Position numbers and translations under genes: made by a program | Shown: in pieces, positions 24,200 through 36,330 of the stretch | How the letters are laid out: every line of letters begins with the position of its first letter | Position numbering within the stretch: position 1 is the stretch's first letter | Source of the DNA: Raillietiella orientalis | Taxonomy: Eukaryota | NCBI GenBank assembly: GCA_036172245.1 | Contig: JAYWIR010000003.1 | Coordinates: forward strand, 2,542,001 to 2,606,000 | Reading direction: 5' to 3' | Length of the DNA: 64,000 nucleotides | Notes under the pieces: model-generated | Told to the model about the DNA's origin: nothing | Database searches by the model: none | Seen by the model: the letters and a program-made list of their open reading frames with translations, nothing else

Positions 24200-27100
24200 C
24201 GTCACCGACCCGCGCCCTGCTCGGCTTTAAGAAATGCTGCTGTGAAGGAAAGCACGCGAGCGGCGCGTTGGGAAAGAGCCGTTGGCGGACCTGCGGGGAA
24301 GTCGCTCCCCCGGGAAGCGCGCTCAGGAACACAGCCTTTGAGCAGAAGGGGCTCCAGCGCTGCTCGAGGTGGGGTTGGGGGAGAGGGTGCAGCAGCAGCG
24401 CGCACGTCGCACACGACGCAGTCGCCGATTCCTCTTCGAGAGCCGATGAGACCCTTTTCCGCCCCCTCCCCCACCGCGCGACCCGGGAAGCCTTCCCCAG
24501 CTGGGACCCCGCTTTTCGAAGGCGATGGTCGCCGCCGCGACGCGACCCGGAAGGCCTCCCGCGTTCCCCGCGCGCGGCGGCGTGTCGAGCCGCCGGAGGG
24601 CCCGCCTCGCACCCGAGTTCGAAGCGCACCACCACGCGCGCTCTGGTTCGGAGGTAAAACCGCTCGGATCTCTCTGTGTGAGGGTCACCGTGCCTCTTCC
24701 AGCTTTCCCGCCCATTCTCTCTCGCCCTCGCGACTCGCTTCCTGAATCCACCCACGGCACGGGGGCCGCGCGCACCCATCCGCCGACTCACCTTGAGATC
24801 ATAAATTAAGGTTGATCCGCGCTCATTGGAGGAAGCACGTAGTCGTTAACTCGCAATTTATTGCCCGATTGAAAATTACCGAAATTTTTATGAAAGCGGT
24901 TACGCCATCACGAGGGACAATATAAATTCCCGATCCCCGAGGAAAAAACAAGGAAGAACGGTCTGCGCACACGCACGCACCTCGTGAGGTGCGTGCGTGT
25001 GCGTGTGTGCGCGCGTTCATCTGCGTTCTTTTCCTCCTCGGGAGAGGAATGCGCTGCCGCTCGTTCCCAGAACCTGGCTCGCGGGCGCGTCACGTCGCGA
25101 TCCCGGTCGCACCAGGACCCCCCCAGTTTCCCGCTCTTCGAGCGGCTCCTGGCGACGGGATCGCGCTCCTCGCGCAGCATCGGTCCTTTCTGCCCCGGAT
25201 GTCTCTTCCTGGAGCAGGTACCGCCGTCGCCGCCGCCCCAGAGCGTGCGGCGCGGCTTTGGGGTCTTTCCCACGAGAAATCCCGGTATCATCGATCCGTC
25301 GTGCATCCCGGGTGCTTCTCAAGAGGGAAGCGGATTTGCCCGCCGCCGGAGCGGAGCGCTCTTCCCGGGCGAATCGTCTTCCGACGGGGAGTTTTCCTGC
25401 TCGTGTTTCCAACGCTCCGGTAGTCGCCGCCGCAGGACACCCCGCGGGAAAACGTCGCTCTTCTCCGCAGCCTTCCAGCCTCTCCCGCGCGCACTTGTTC
25501 GGCGTGGCGCGGGAAGCTTCGGCCAGGCATCCTTCGGCCTCCTGCCTCGGCCGCATCCGCCCGTCGCGAATCGCTCGCGGGGGTGAGGAGAAGGACGGAT
25601 GTCGAGAGCTTGGGGTCAACCCTTGCCTGCCACCCCGAGAGCTCTCGCCCTCCGGCCCCGGCCGAATCACGTCGCTGCTCCGCGGGGACAGAGAGGCGGC
25701 CCCTCTCCGAAACGGCGCGGATCGTCGCGATAAGCGCGCGCGCGGTGGCGGTGCTGCGCTCCCAGCTACGCGCTCTCCGCGCCTCTCGCGCGAGCGCGCG
25801 CGCGCGCTTCCAGCTGCAAGGGATGCGAACATCTGAGCCCCCCGTGCAGCACGGAGGAGGAGGCAGCAAGGTTCCCGGCGCAAAGTGCCGCTGCCAGCAT
25901 TCCTCGTTCTCCCGCGATAGCATTCGGAGGAAGATAAATTTCCTTCCGGAGAGGATTTTCACTATGGGAACGTGTGCAGTCAACAATGGGACGCTAACTA
26001 AGCATGGAGACGCGTTCTTCATCAACAAGGAAGTAATGGATGAGGAACGAAATTAGCTATCAGGGCAGCAATGATATATCTTCCGTCTGCGTTCAGTTCC
26101 TCCAGGAAGCAGCTCATCGTCGCAAGCAGAGGAGGAAAAAAAAAAAGAAAAAAAAAAGAATGAAGGGGGGGGGGGAAAGGAAGGCATCAAAACTCGAAAA
26201 AGAACGGCAGGGGGAAAGAAGAAGAAGAAGAAGAAGAAGACAAAGCAAAAACAAGGAGCAAACGATCCCTATCTTCTAGTACGGGAGCACGGCTACTCTT
26301 TTCCTCCTCTCTCCCCGCTGCTTTCGCTCTCCCGGGCGCGCTCTCAGGAGACAGGGAGGGACGGCTTTCCTCGTTTAATCAGATTCAACCTGTTTCCCTC
26401 TATCGCTTTTTGAAAGATGCTGGGAGGCAAAAAAGAAGAAGGAAAAAGAGAAGGAAATTTATCGGACGCATGTAGGAGCACTGGGAAACTGGTTCCTTTC
26501 CTCCGGACGCCATTCTCGCGCCCCGAGGATCGAAAATCCGAACGGAGGCAGGGGGGAGAAGGGGGAGGTTAGCAAAAGGGGACACGCCGAGAGGAATATA
26601 CGACTGGAAACGCAGCGCACAACAACAAACAGAAGCCACGATGCCTCGGAGCGGTCCTGCGCGTCGGAGGAAGAGCGGAACCTGTCTCTTTGAAGGGAGC
26701 GCGCCCACCTCGGACGGACGGCCCTCCTGCGCGCCGGGTCGGGCGGTGAGCGGTCCGCGGGTCCCGCGACTGCGTCACGTCGCGCTGCCTCCGCGGAGGG
26801 TTCCCTCCCCACCGCCTCCGCTCGCACCTTCGGCGCGCAGCATTCGGTGGGATCGGTCGAAGAAGGGCGGCGCTGAAGGCGCGCGCTCTTCGCTGAAAGT
26901 CCCCCCGAAGGTTATTGCTCCGCGATTATTCCGTCCCGGCCTTTTTTTTTTTTTTTTTTATTTTCTTCTGTTTTTCGCTTCTTCTTACGAGAGCAAATTT
27001 TTCGAATTTCTCGGGCACCGCGCGATTCCGTGACCTCTGCAAAGTGCTGTGGCTGCGCATTTGCGCGAAGTCAAAGAGACATTGTAAATACTTGCATAGG

Positions 27101-27900
27101 CTCTTATTGCACTACGAACCAAATAGCAGGCGAGAGAGAAAGAGGGAGGGGGAAGAAGAAGAAGAAGAAGAAGAAGAAGAAGAAAAGGAAGCAACAGAGA
27201 GGGAGAGAAATTTCTGTTTCTGCCGCATTAACGAAATCGGGAGAAAACTGAAGTCCGCAGGTGGTCTTTTACAACCACAGGCGGAGTGGGAATCGCTTAA
27301 ACAGAGCAATTCGGGTGAAGCAGGAAGAAGTCAATAGGCACTAAATTGTGCAACAACACTCTGCAATAAACTCCTGTAGCAAATCTGATAATTTCTCTGA
27401 TTCGGTCTTTGTAGCGGAATGTCCGCGGGAGAGACGGATGCCAACACAAACATCACTCTTCGTGACACTTCGGACTGGTTGGCGTGCGTCCTCCGAACGG
27501 ATAAGACGAAGGGTGGATCGCGGGTGTGGTGCGACCACTTTGGCGCGAAGAACTTCGAACGCGGATGTAGCCGAAGGTGTGCGTGCGCGCGCCCCTGTGC
27601 TGCACGAGTGCTGCTGAGGCTGCGGCGACCACCGCCGCCCCTGCGGAAGACGGAGACGGCGACAGCGGCTCCCCGACACGTAACGGAGGATCCGGTGCTC
27701 GGTGGTGAGTCAGGCAAACGATCCTCGATTGCACTCCCCCCTCACCTCTCCCTCCCTCGAACTCACGTGCGCGCGTTCCGAAGACGTCGGTTGCCCGTAG
27801 CGGGGGGTTGGAAATGCGGCCCACGACATACGAGAGCCGGAAGACACGTGAAGAGCTCGTGTCGGATGATGTGCAATCCTTAAGGAAGCCGAGGGAAGAT
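24200..27900. promoter_or_regulatory. GC/CpG-rich island; candidate promoter or 5' leader of the next minus-strand Hox gene (Antp by cluster order)
   Basis: GC and CpG rise sharply relative to 1-24 kb. Contains a consensus minus-strand donor AAG|GTGAGT (24792/24791) and an AT-rich core with homeodomain-type sites (24798-24930). The gene assignment is inference only. Confidence 0.45.
27152..27184. repeat. (GAA)n microsatellite
   Basis: About 11 units; similar shorter GAA runs lie near 6030, 6626, 26216 and 30667. Confidence 0.93.
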
Positions 27901-29099
27901 GCGGTTAGGATGCGCTTCATCTTTTCTTCGGCCGCTCTAAAGGGACTCGGAGATGATGCCTTTAGGCGATGATTCATCCAGATATCTTCCAGGAGGGAAC
28001 CTCTAGGACGATGCAGCTGGCGACCGCGCGGCTGCGGTCTCCGCACGAGCGGTATTGAGCGTTGCGGGTTTCGAATACCCTTGAAGGATCGATGCCGAAA
28101 AATGGGTGCGTCGTGGGTTTTCGAGTCCTCCCCCGCCCCAGAACGACTCTGGTCAAGGTTCATGACCACTCCTTCGAGTGCGGCGCCGGTGGAAGTCGGA
28201 AACCGGGTGCGCCCGTTGAATGTCCGGGATTGGTATTTGACCTCTCGCGGTCCTTCCAGTGATCAAGTGGCTGGTGTCCTTCGAGGTTCGTCCTCGGTAT
28301 TGAAAATGGACCCTCCGTCGCGTACCGTGGCGCTGGTTGATACCCCCCCTTTACCCCTCCAGAGCGCAAGGAGTGCTTTGCTCAGGGGGCGATCCTTCAC
28401 CGTGGATGGAAGCGTCCCTTCGGGGCTCATCTTCAGAAGAAAAAACAAGGATTCCCTCCGACGAAGAAATGAGGAGTAGATCCCCACAAAGAATAGGAAA
28501 GAGATTCTCTCCGAGTTTCCCCTCCCAAGAGTAAGGGGAACAGACTCCTTCTTCTGGAGGCCTTCCTGAATTCACAGGGTGATCCCTCTGCAGTTACCTC
28601 CCAGCTGAAGTTGCGCGCACCTTCGGGAGGGAGTGGGCAGTGGCTAAAGTCTGTTCGAGTGGGGCGCGTCCTTCCGCGTTGCGAAAGCAGGACGATGCTG
28701 AACCCATCGTGGAGATGGCATCTTCCAGGAATTGAAATACGATTATGTCTTGGTGTGTTTATACCAAATGTGTGACAAGCAGGAATGCCAATGCATTTTT
28801 CGAAACTGCCACCTACTATTCTTCAAGATGCTATCCCGAAAAGAGAGGGAGGAAGAAAGCACTTGGATTTTTTTTTTTTTTTATTCATCTCCTTAATGCT
28901 TTGCTCCTCGTAGCTGACCTAAATAGAAAATATCTGTAACGACGCGCACGTCAGTGTAATTTGATTTCGTGCAGCAACGTGTCAAACAAAATGTCATCCG
29001 TCTCGGAAACGCCAAGGGCACTGAACTCACACCCTATGTGATACCAATAACGTTCCCTTCCTGAAAAAGCTACCCTCGATGCCTGCCAATTAGATTCTC

Positions 29100-32000
29100 C
29101 TTCGGCTCGGCCGTCCACGCGGCTGGCAGCGAATGCGAACATCGGACACTCGGAACACCAACATGGAGCAGATCGCGCGCGCGGCGTTCCGGAAAACCCC
29201 TCCTCTCCAGCTTCCGCGTGATGCCGCCGGGAACGCGGGATGAAACCGCGAACCGTCAAACTTCCAGCTCTGCGCAGGGTCAAAAGTGTCGTTTCGGATG
29301 AGTCGCGTGCACGCTGGTGGCCCCTCGGATGGGCACCTCGGGAAGGTTGGCGGGCGCTGACACCGCGTGCTTCGTGGAGCCTTCCCCTCCGAGCCGAGGA
29401 CCCCCCAGTCAGAGGCGAAAGATCAGGGGATGAGAGAGACTCGGCGCGCTCCTCGCATGGCATCCTCATCCTGGGTCAGCACAGAGGTGCGCGGCGACTC
29501 GCCGCGCACCTCCGTCCCCCTCTTGACAGACTGTCAACTCCAGCAAGCCGAGTGGGCCTCAATCTGCTGTGTCTGTTCGCGTCCACCGTGCTCCAGGGAG
29601 CGTGCCTCGTGCTCTCCGAAGGATTTCCGTGGGGCGCTCGCGCGGTGCCCTTTCTTCAGAGTGTAGGGAGGCCCTCGGACGCTACACACACACACACAAG
29701 CATGCGTGTAGACCCTGTCACAAATAAAAGCATAAACTGGATGCGTAATGATTCTTCGTGGGTTGGCACGCTCAGGAACGAGCGAAATTTAGTAGGTGAA
29801 AAACACTCTCAGCGTGGGGAGGCTCCCAATTTATCTCGGAGCGCGCGCGCGAGAGGCGAAAGGGAAGAAAGGAGGAGGCGGTTTCTGCAAGGAGCATCCA
29901 AGCGTTTCGCCTCTGCAAGGAGAAGGGGAAGGAGAGAGAGGAAAACTTGGCTGTACCGTTATTTCAGATGCGCGCACACTCGTCTACTCGAGGCGCGTAC
30001 AAGTCTGGAGGCTCGTGTGCGAGCGGGCGTGCCGCCGCTCGCAGGCGTTGCTCGGATACCTGGTGCGAGGATCAGGGTGGGACCGAGGAGGCAGGGAGAC
30101 GCTGCCGTTCCGTTCCGACGCAGGGAGCGCGCGGCAAGTGCGCGCTCCCTGCGCGCCTTTTCGTCTCCACGGTGACCGCCGCTTCCGCGCGTCCACGCAC
30201 GGGCGCGTATTTTTGTTTTTGGCAGTTTGCACGAGGACGGCGTTACGCGCGCGCCCTCCCGGCGTCTACGCGCGGGAGATCCGAAACGTCTTCCCGCGCG
30301 CGGCAGGCGCTCTCGCCGAGAGAGGACCGACTGGCACCCCTGACCCGGACACGGGAATTTTTCCGTCGACCAGGCGCATCCCGGTTCGCTCCAGAGAAGA
30401 TGGCAGCCTTTTCCGCTGGGTGGTCACACGCTCTGGCTCCCCCTACCGCGTGCAAGCCCACGGGTTTCCGTGACCCGCAGCGTCCGGAATCTGCCTTCAG
30501 TGCGGAGTGCGCGGCGCGGGTCGGAGAGAGATTTCGCCTCGTCGCGCGCGCGAAAGCGGCTGGCCGCAGGCGGCGATCCGGCGGCGCGGAAGACGCGTTC
30601 CCCTCGCATCTTTCCGGGAAGTTCGGTGCGTTCCTAAAAAAGATGGATTGTTGCCGGTGGGGGGCGGAAGAAGAAGAAGAAGAAGAAGAAGAGCGTGGGT
30701 GGGTGAAATCCACCACAGAGGAGCAGAGAAAAATGGCGGCGGCGTTTATTATTTCCTTCGTGCGAAAACTTCCATTCTGGCTGGTGGAAGATGCCGCGCG
30801 CGCTTGTCCTCCCGCAGTGGGGGCGGACGCATCTTGGACTGGCTCCGCTGCGCTCGCCGGAGCGGGCTGGCTGGCTGCGGGAGAGCCCCCGTGCATATCC
30901 GCATGCGCGGAAATGCGGAGGAGGCGTGGGAGAAGTGGAGGAGGGGGACGAGTCGCTCTCCCCGTTCCCTATCCCGGATGCGGGACCGTGTTCCCCGCTC
31001 TCCTTTCTTCCCCCTTTCCCCATTCCTCCCTCCTTCCTCGCTCCGGGGACGCACGCGCGCCCGAGAGCGCGCACAGAGGCGACCTCCCTCCTTGCTTCCG
31101 CGCGACGAAGACAGAGGGAGGAAGGAGGGGGAAGTCGCGGGGGTCCTGTTTCCCCGGGCGAGTCTCGCTCCGGCGGCGAGGGCGGCTGGCTCCTGCACCT
31201 TCGGGGGTCCGCGAGCGCCCTCCTATTCATCCCGGTCCCAGCGAGGTTTGGCGATTGTCGGAGGAGCTGGCGTCGTCTCGGGCAGACTCCGCAGCCGAAG
31301 ACGAGCGGGATTCCGCTCACGGAACTCTTTTCCAATATCCGCGCCGCTGCCCGCTGATTGACGAGGTCCCCGAGCTTTGTCGGAGGGCCCGGGAAGTCAC
31401 AGCATGCGTGGCTGCACGGATGCAAGCGAGCGCCTTACGGGCTCTTGTAATTCGCAATTTCCCCCTCCGCTCCTCCTCTTCCCGTCGTGCGTGCGTGCGG
31501 AGGCGGAGCGCTTCCGCATCTCGGGGGAGGGGAAGGAAGTAAGGAAAAAAAGAGTGGCGATTTCGTTCGTCCATCCCGGAACGCGCATGCAGGGGTGAAC
31601 CTGAGGTAGGCGGCAGGCGATGCGAAAGCGAAAGTAAACAGCTCTGCCTCCAGGAGTAGCGGCAGTGGCGGCAAATCATCCTCCTCCCTTGCCCCGCTCC
31701 CTTCCTTTCGGGAGAGACGAGCCAGGTGGTCACTGACAGAGCCGCCGCCGCCGCCAGTCGGGAGAGGGCGTTGCCTTCCCTTCTCACCAGGGCTGAAACG
31801 CCCGCTCGGCAGCGCGGCGGCGGGGGGCAAATTGGTGGAGATCGCTGGGGTGGTTGCGGCGGGAGCACCGCAGGGTATTTCTGGGGTTGCCCCTCACCCC
31901 ACCCTTGCCTGCCCAGCGACACCTCGAGGACAGCTCGCAGCGCGGGACGAACGCCAGGGGTGGCTCTCAGCCGTGCTGAATGGAGCGCTCTCGCGCTAGC

Positions 32001-33700
32001 GAATGAATGCGCACATGTCGTGAGGGCTGAAACACATGGACAGGACACCTGTCTGCGTGTGTGCACTTTCGCGGAGGGGCCAAGAGACACGCACACGTTC
32101 GTGCAGTTCCCTGGGTGGACAGCCGCGTTTCACTCAGCACCGCCGGGGCCGCTTCCCAGGACAGCAGCGTCTCCAGGAAGGGAGGAAAGGAAGAAAGCAT
32201 CCGAGACCGCTTTCGGCAAAGCGGGTGGATCCCCCGCGGGGTCACCATCTCGGTGCAGAAAGCGATGCGGAGGAGTGTGGGGTAGCTTTCTTTCCCCCCG
32301 CCGCGGGAACGTGCCTTCGAAACAGCACCTCCGATCCCGTTTCCCGTCTGCGAGCCTAACTCGGTCCTCCTCCGCGCGGGTTGGGACGAACCTTCCTCAA
32401 CCCATCCATAGGGAACTTTTATTTCTCGGAGGAAGTATCCCTTTTCTCGCTTCCAGGTTGCCGTAGCCGGTGCAAGATCTGAATGGAGCAAACGATCGTG
32501 TGGCGGCTCATGGTAGCTGCGTGGAGCGAGCGCACTCTTACGGCGAAAGCACGAACTGCTGTCGTGTCGGCCGCGTTTGCCCCGGAACGAAAACACGATT
32601 AAACGATTCGAGACGCCATACTGAATGTAGTACTACACGGCAGGCTCCGCCCACAAGGCAGTTGTGTTACTACGCCGCAGCGTAAAATACCTTTTCTTAT
32701 GTAGCAGTTGCGCTCTTCAACAACAGATGGCAACCGCGAGTTCGAATCGGGTTTTAGGAAGGCGCAGGGAATTTTTCGAAACTTTCTACACTATCCTCAG
32801 TGTCTTCCGGTGCACAGCCAGTGCTTTCCTAAACACGAACCGATTAAAATTAATGGGTGCGTTTTCCCCTCCAAAAGCACAGGTTCCGAATCTTCCACCA
32901 CGGAGCACTCACGTCTTGCTCATGCACGGAAGGATCGCGCATTCCAGAATCCTCAAATAAAATGATCCCAACCCGGGAAAGGTTGGCACCTCATGGGATC
33001 AACGGATGCGGACATTTATCCTTGGAGTCACATCGACTCCTTCGTCTTCGAAGAGAGAATGTCTGCGCTTGCAAAGAGCTGATTTCACCACGAAGCGTCC
33101 ACGGACGCCGAAAAGTTTCGTTTTCAGCGCAGGATCGGTTGCGGGGATGGGATCGCATCCTCGGCGGGATTCACCTGTGGTTCGGTCGCACGGACTGACC
33201 CCCAGTGAAGGGGGTGGCGTCATCCGTCGATCCGACTGCCTACACGAACGTGTGCGAGCAAAATGGCGCGGATAGTTCGAACGTGAACACGCGTGAACGT
33301 TTCCGCGCCACCGTTCTTCCTCTCGCGTGCACACGTGCGAGAGATCACAAAATCACGTATGTCTCCCCCGCCGCCCCCGAAGGCGCGTAACGCGAGGTTC
33401 GCTCCAGGAAGAGCTCGAAACCCTCCCCCCCCCCCGCATTTTCTTTTTCTTTCCTCGCTTGCAGAATTCGCCCCGCGAAATGCCTCGGGACGACCTGTGG
33501 ACTTGTGGACGTCGGTCGCCAAGTCCGGATCTCCGCAGGAAGTGCAGGGCAGCGCAGGCGGATTCAAATCGGGGAGTGTGGGGAAAACCGCCTGCTCGAA
33601 CCTATTCACTCCGCTTCGTGCATGCCCGGTGAGATTAGACGGGACGGGGGGGTCCACGTTCTTGTGCTTCCATTTATGCACTGCCGATTTAGTCTTTTTG
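29100..33700. promoter_or_regulatory. GC/CpG-rich island with YY1/PHO-type motifs
   Basis: Very high GC and CpG. AAAATGGCGGC at 30730-30740 and CAAAATGGCG at 33259-33268. Confidence 0.4.
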
Positions 33701-33724
33701 AAGGCTCCGCGCTCGTGTTTGTGT

Positions 33725-34125
33725 TTGTGTTTGTTTTGCTTTGCTTTGTTTGCAGATAGCATGTAACTTTGCTTTCCTATTTTCCGTCAGATGTCACATT
33801 TGCCGGGAGGAGGGGGGGGGTGAAAGAGACATCTGAAGGGGAAACATCCAGAGAGCATGAGGCGCAATGCTGCGATCTCTGAGCAGGAGCGGAAACTACG
33901 CGTTTCAGCCTCGACGAACTGGGGGGGAGGGGAATTCCTTGATATGTTTATGTTTTGCTTCGTTTTGTTTACAGATAGCATTCGAGTTTGCTTTTCTTGT
34001 TTCCCGTCAGATGTCACTTCGGGAAGGGCGGGGGCACAGGTGACATCTGAGGGGAAATATTCAAACAGCGTTTGAACATGCTGCGATCTCTGCGCAGAAC
34101 CCAAAACTAACGTTTCAGACACGAG
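33725..34125 (+). repeat. Tandem duplication of a ~220-bp unit, each copy containing a long imperfect inverted repeat
   Basis: Shared blocks occur in the same order: cagatagcat (33753/33972), ccgtcagatgtcac (33784/34004), gacatctga (33828/34042), atgctgcgatctctg (33867/34078) and cgtttcag (33901/34111). Confidence 0.92.
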
Positions 34126-36324
34126 GCGAATGGAAAGGAAAAAAAAAAAAAAAAAAAAAAAAATGAAATTACACGAAACTCCGCTCGCACACTGCACTTG
34201 CAGACAATCAGAGTAATCGCATCACTTGATTTCATCTGTTGCTCGTTTTTCTAGACTCGAATGGCTTTTTTAGAACCGATGCCTTCGGCTTGCACTCTGT
34301 AGGTGGCCACATGCCTTGACCGTGCTCAGCATCCGCCTGGATTCATCTGCGAGGCCAGGAGGGCTTCCCACCGTCCAACGTGTATTTCAAAACAGCAAAA
34401 GTTTTTCCTGAGTTAAGGACGCAGTCCAAGTCGAAGCTGAATTCACGTGCACCCAAATTCCCCCCCCTCCAGAAAAAAAAAAAATGAAAAAAGAAGGAAA
34501 GGAAAGAAAAGAAAAGAAAAGAGGAAGGGGAGGGAACGGGGGGATGGATTTAAACATGGAAAAGATCAAAGTGAACTCTTATTTCCGCCTCACGTTCTTC
34601 GAATCGGTTTGCAGGCAAAAGTACGCTGCATACCCTCGAGTTGGATGCCGGGGTCTCTCCGAGCATCTGTTTCATTCTGGGGCTTAATTCCCGTGAGCCG
34701 ATGGTCGAAATGCACTGAGGAAACTGCTTGTAACCTAATCTTGATCATAGTTGCAACATAATTATCAGAGTGCGCAAACCGAGCGGTAAGCATCTGCGAG
34801 TGCGCTAAGGATGAGGTCACAAGCATCCTCCGCTCGGGCTCGCAGGCAGGGAAGAAAAACTCCGTCGATATCCGGCCGTCATGCACCCCGTAACATCCGC
34901 TTCCAAACATCCACATCGCTTCTCGGCCTTTTGGCTAAGATCAAAGTGTAACAAACACCAACAACAACATCCACTCCCAAAAACCTGCGTTTCTTGGTAA
35001 CGCCGGTGCGCATACCCGATCCCGAGAATATCCGTCCGTCCTCCGGCTCCCTGGCTGAGGAACCCGAGCGAGGAAAATTGATGAGCAAAAATTAACTCCA
35101 GCCATCCTTCCGCTCATCGCAATTCTTTTATTTTCATGTGAACGGGGGGGAGGTGAGGGGGAGGGGAGAAAAAGCTTCCACGTTCGCTTGTCCGCGGCAA
35201 TTACGTGCGTGGGGACATGGAGGATCCGAAGCAGCGAAGAGGTACTTGAAGACGAAATGGTGGGAAAAAGCAACAGCAGCAGCAACAAAAAAAGAACCAG
35301 TTCATTATGCCAGCTCATTAAATAAATCTGTTCTTTCCTTAGTTAAAAATTTTATGCACTCTACCAGTAGCGGAAGCGAGGGACTGCCGGCGCGGTGTCC
35401 GAGGACAGCATCGGCGAACCGGGCGGCCGAGATGAATGTTGCAGAATGATCTTAATATCGTTACGGCCACTTGGTAACGTGGAAACCCGGAGCAGCGAAA
35501 CGCTCCCATTTCGAAGGCCACAGGGAACGAGGAAAGCGCGAATCCCTGCGACACGGCGAAGAACGCACTCGCTGGAGGACGCGGATGCCCTCTCGCGCGC
35601 AACCAAATCCACGATCCTCGCGTAGCCCGTGGCACGGAGATCGGCACGCACGTGCACGTCGGGCGCATACCCGTGGGGTCTCCGAACGTCTGCGACACAG
35701 GATGCTGTGCTCGCATCTTCGAGCGTGGTGGAGGAGAGCTCTGCCCCCCCAGATTTGCTTATTCTCTCCGGCGACAGTGTTTGAGCGGCGGTGAGGGAAA
35801 AAGCCGTTTCGCTCCTTGCGGAGCGAGACGCACTTGGACTGGGAAGAGTGTAAGAGTGAAATGCAATCAGCCATCTCGGAAGTGTTTACCGTGTTTGTGC
35901 ATAGACAAGCTGTGCTACACAAAGCAGATGTGCGGAGCGATGGTGCCTTGTTTTCAAATACGCGCGCGCGCAGGGAATGTGCTCCTCGTGGTATGCAGCC
36001 AATCTGTCTGGAGATGTCGCCGTCTTCTCGGTTGCGTCTCCGGCGTCGACCCCGCAGAGATCGAAGCTCCGTGGTTTCGTTCGAGCGGATGTCACCTTCG
36101 AGCGGACCGACTTGGGGATTCGTTCAGCTCCAGCACGAACCAACGAATGGTGGCGCGACCCCCGCACGGAGACCCACTGCTACCTATCAAAGCGGATGGT
36201 CCTCCCTGTTCGAATCAATCATCAGCATCAAACTCTTTTTCATGGTTTGTTTACGGAACCAGAATGTACGCACTTGGGAGGCGGGATGCTGGAATTCCAA
36301 GAACCGGAATTCCTTCACCGTGTG

Positions 36325-36330
36325 TTTATT
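36325..36330 (-). terminator. Candidate Ubx polyadenylation signal (AATAAA), giving a ~3.3-kb 3' UTR
   Basis: Minus strand: ...agtacaatTGTActttctcttgtttatcttg...catataaacAATAAAcac. The U-rich context with an upstream TGTA element stands out against GC-rich surroundings. Confidence 0.45.

Noticed and set aside
25964..26056. 30-aa small ORF MGTCAVNNGTLTKHGDAFFINKEVMDEERN
   Set aside because: Protein-like composition, but too short to support without conservation or Ribo-seq data.
29947..31542. 531-aa + strand ORF, and similar long ORFs at 24997-25836, 42184-43281, 53141-54115 and 60647-61633
   Set aside because: They are Arg/Ala/Gly/Pro-rich, overlap ORFs in several frames, run through microsatellites and show no recognisable domain; stop-codon scarcity in GC-rich islands explains them.
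32600..32700. Possible iab-4 miRNA gene copy
   Set aside because: Only nt 5-16 match, the seed is disrupted, and I see no complementary arm forming a pre-miRNA. I also did not spot miR-10 or miR-993 sequences in the window.
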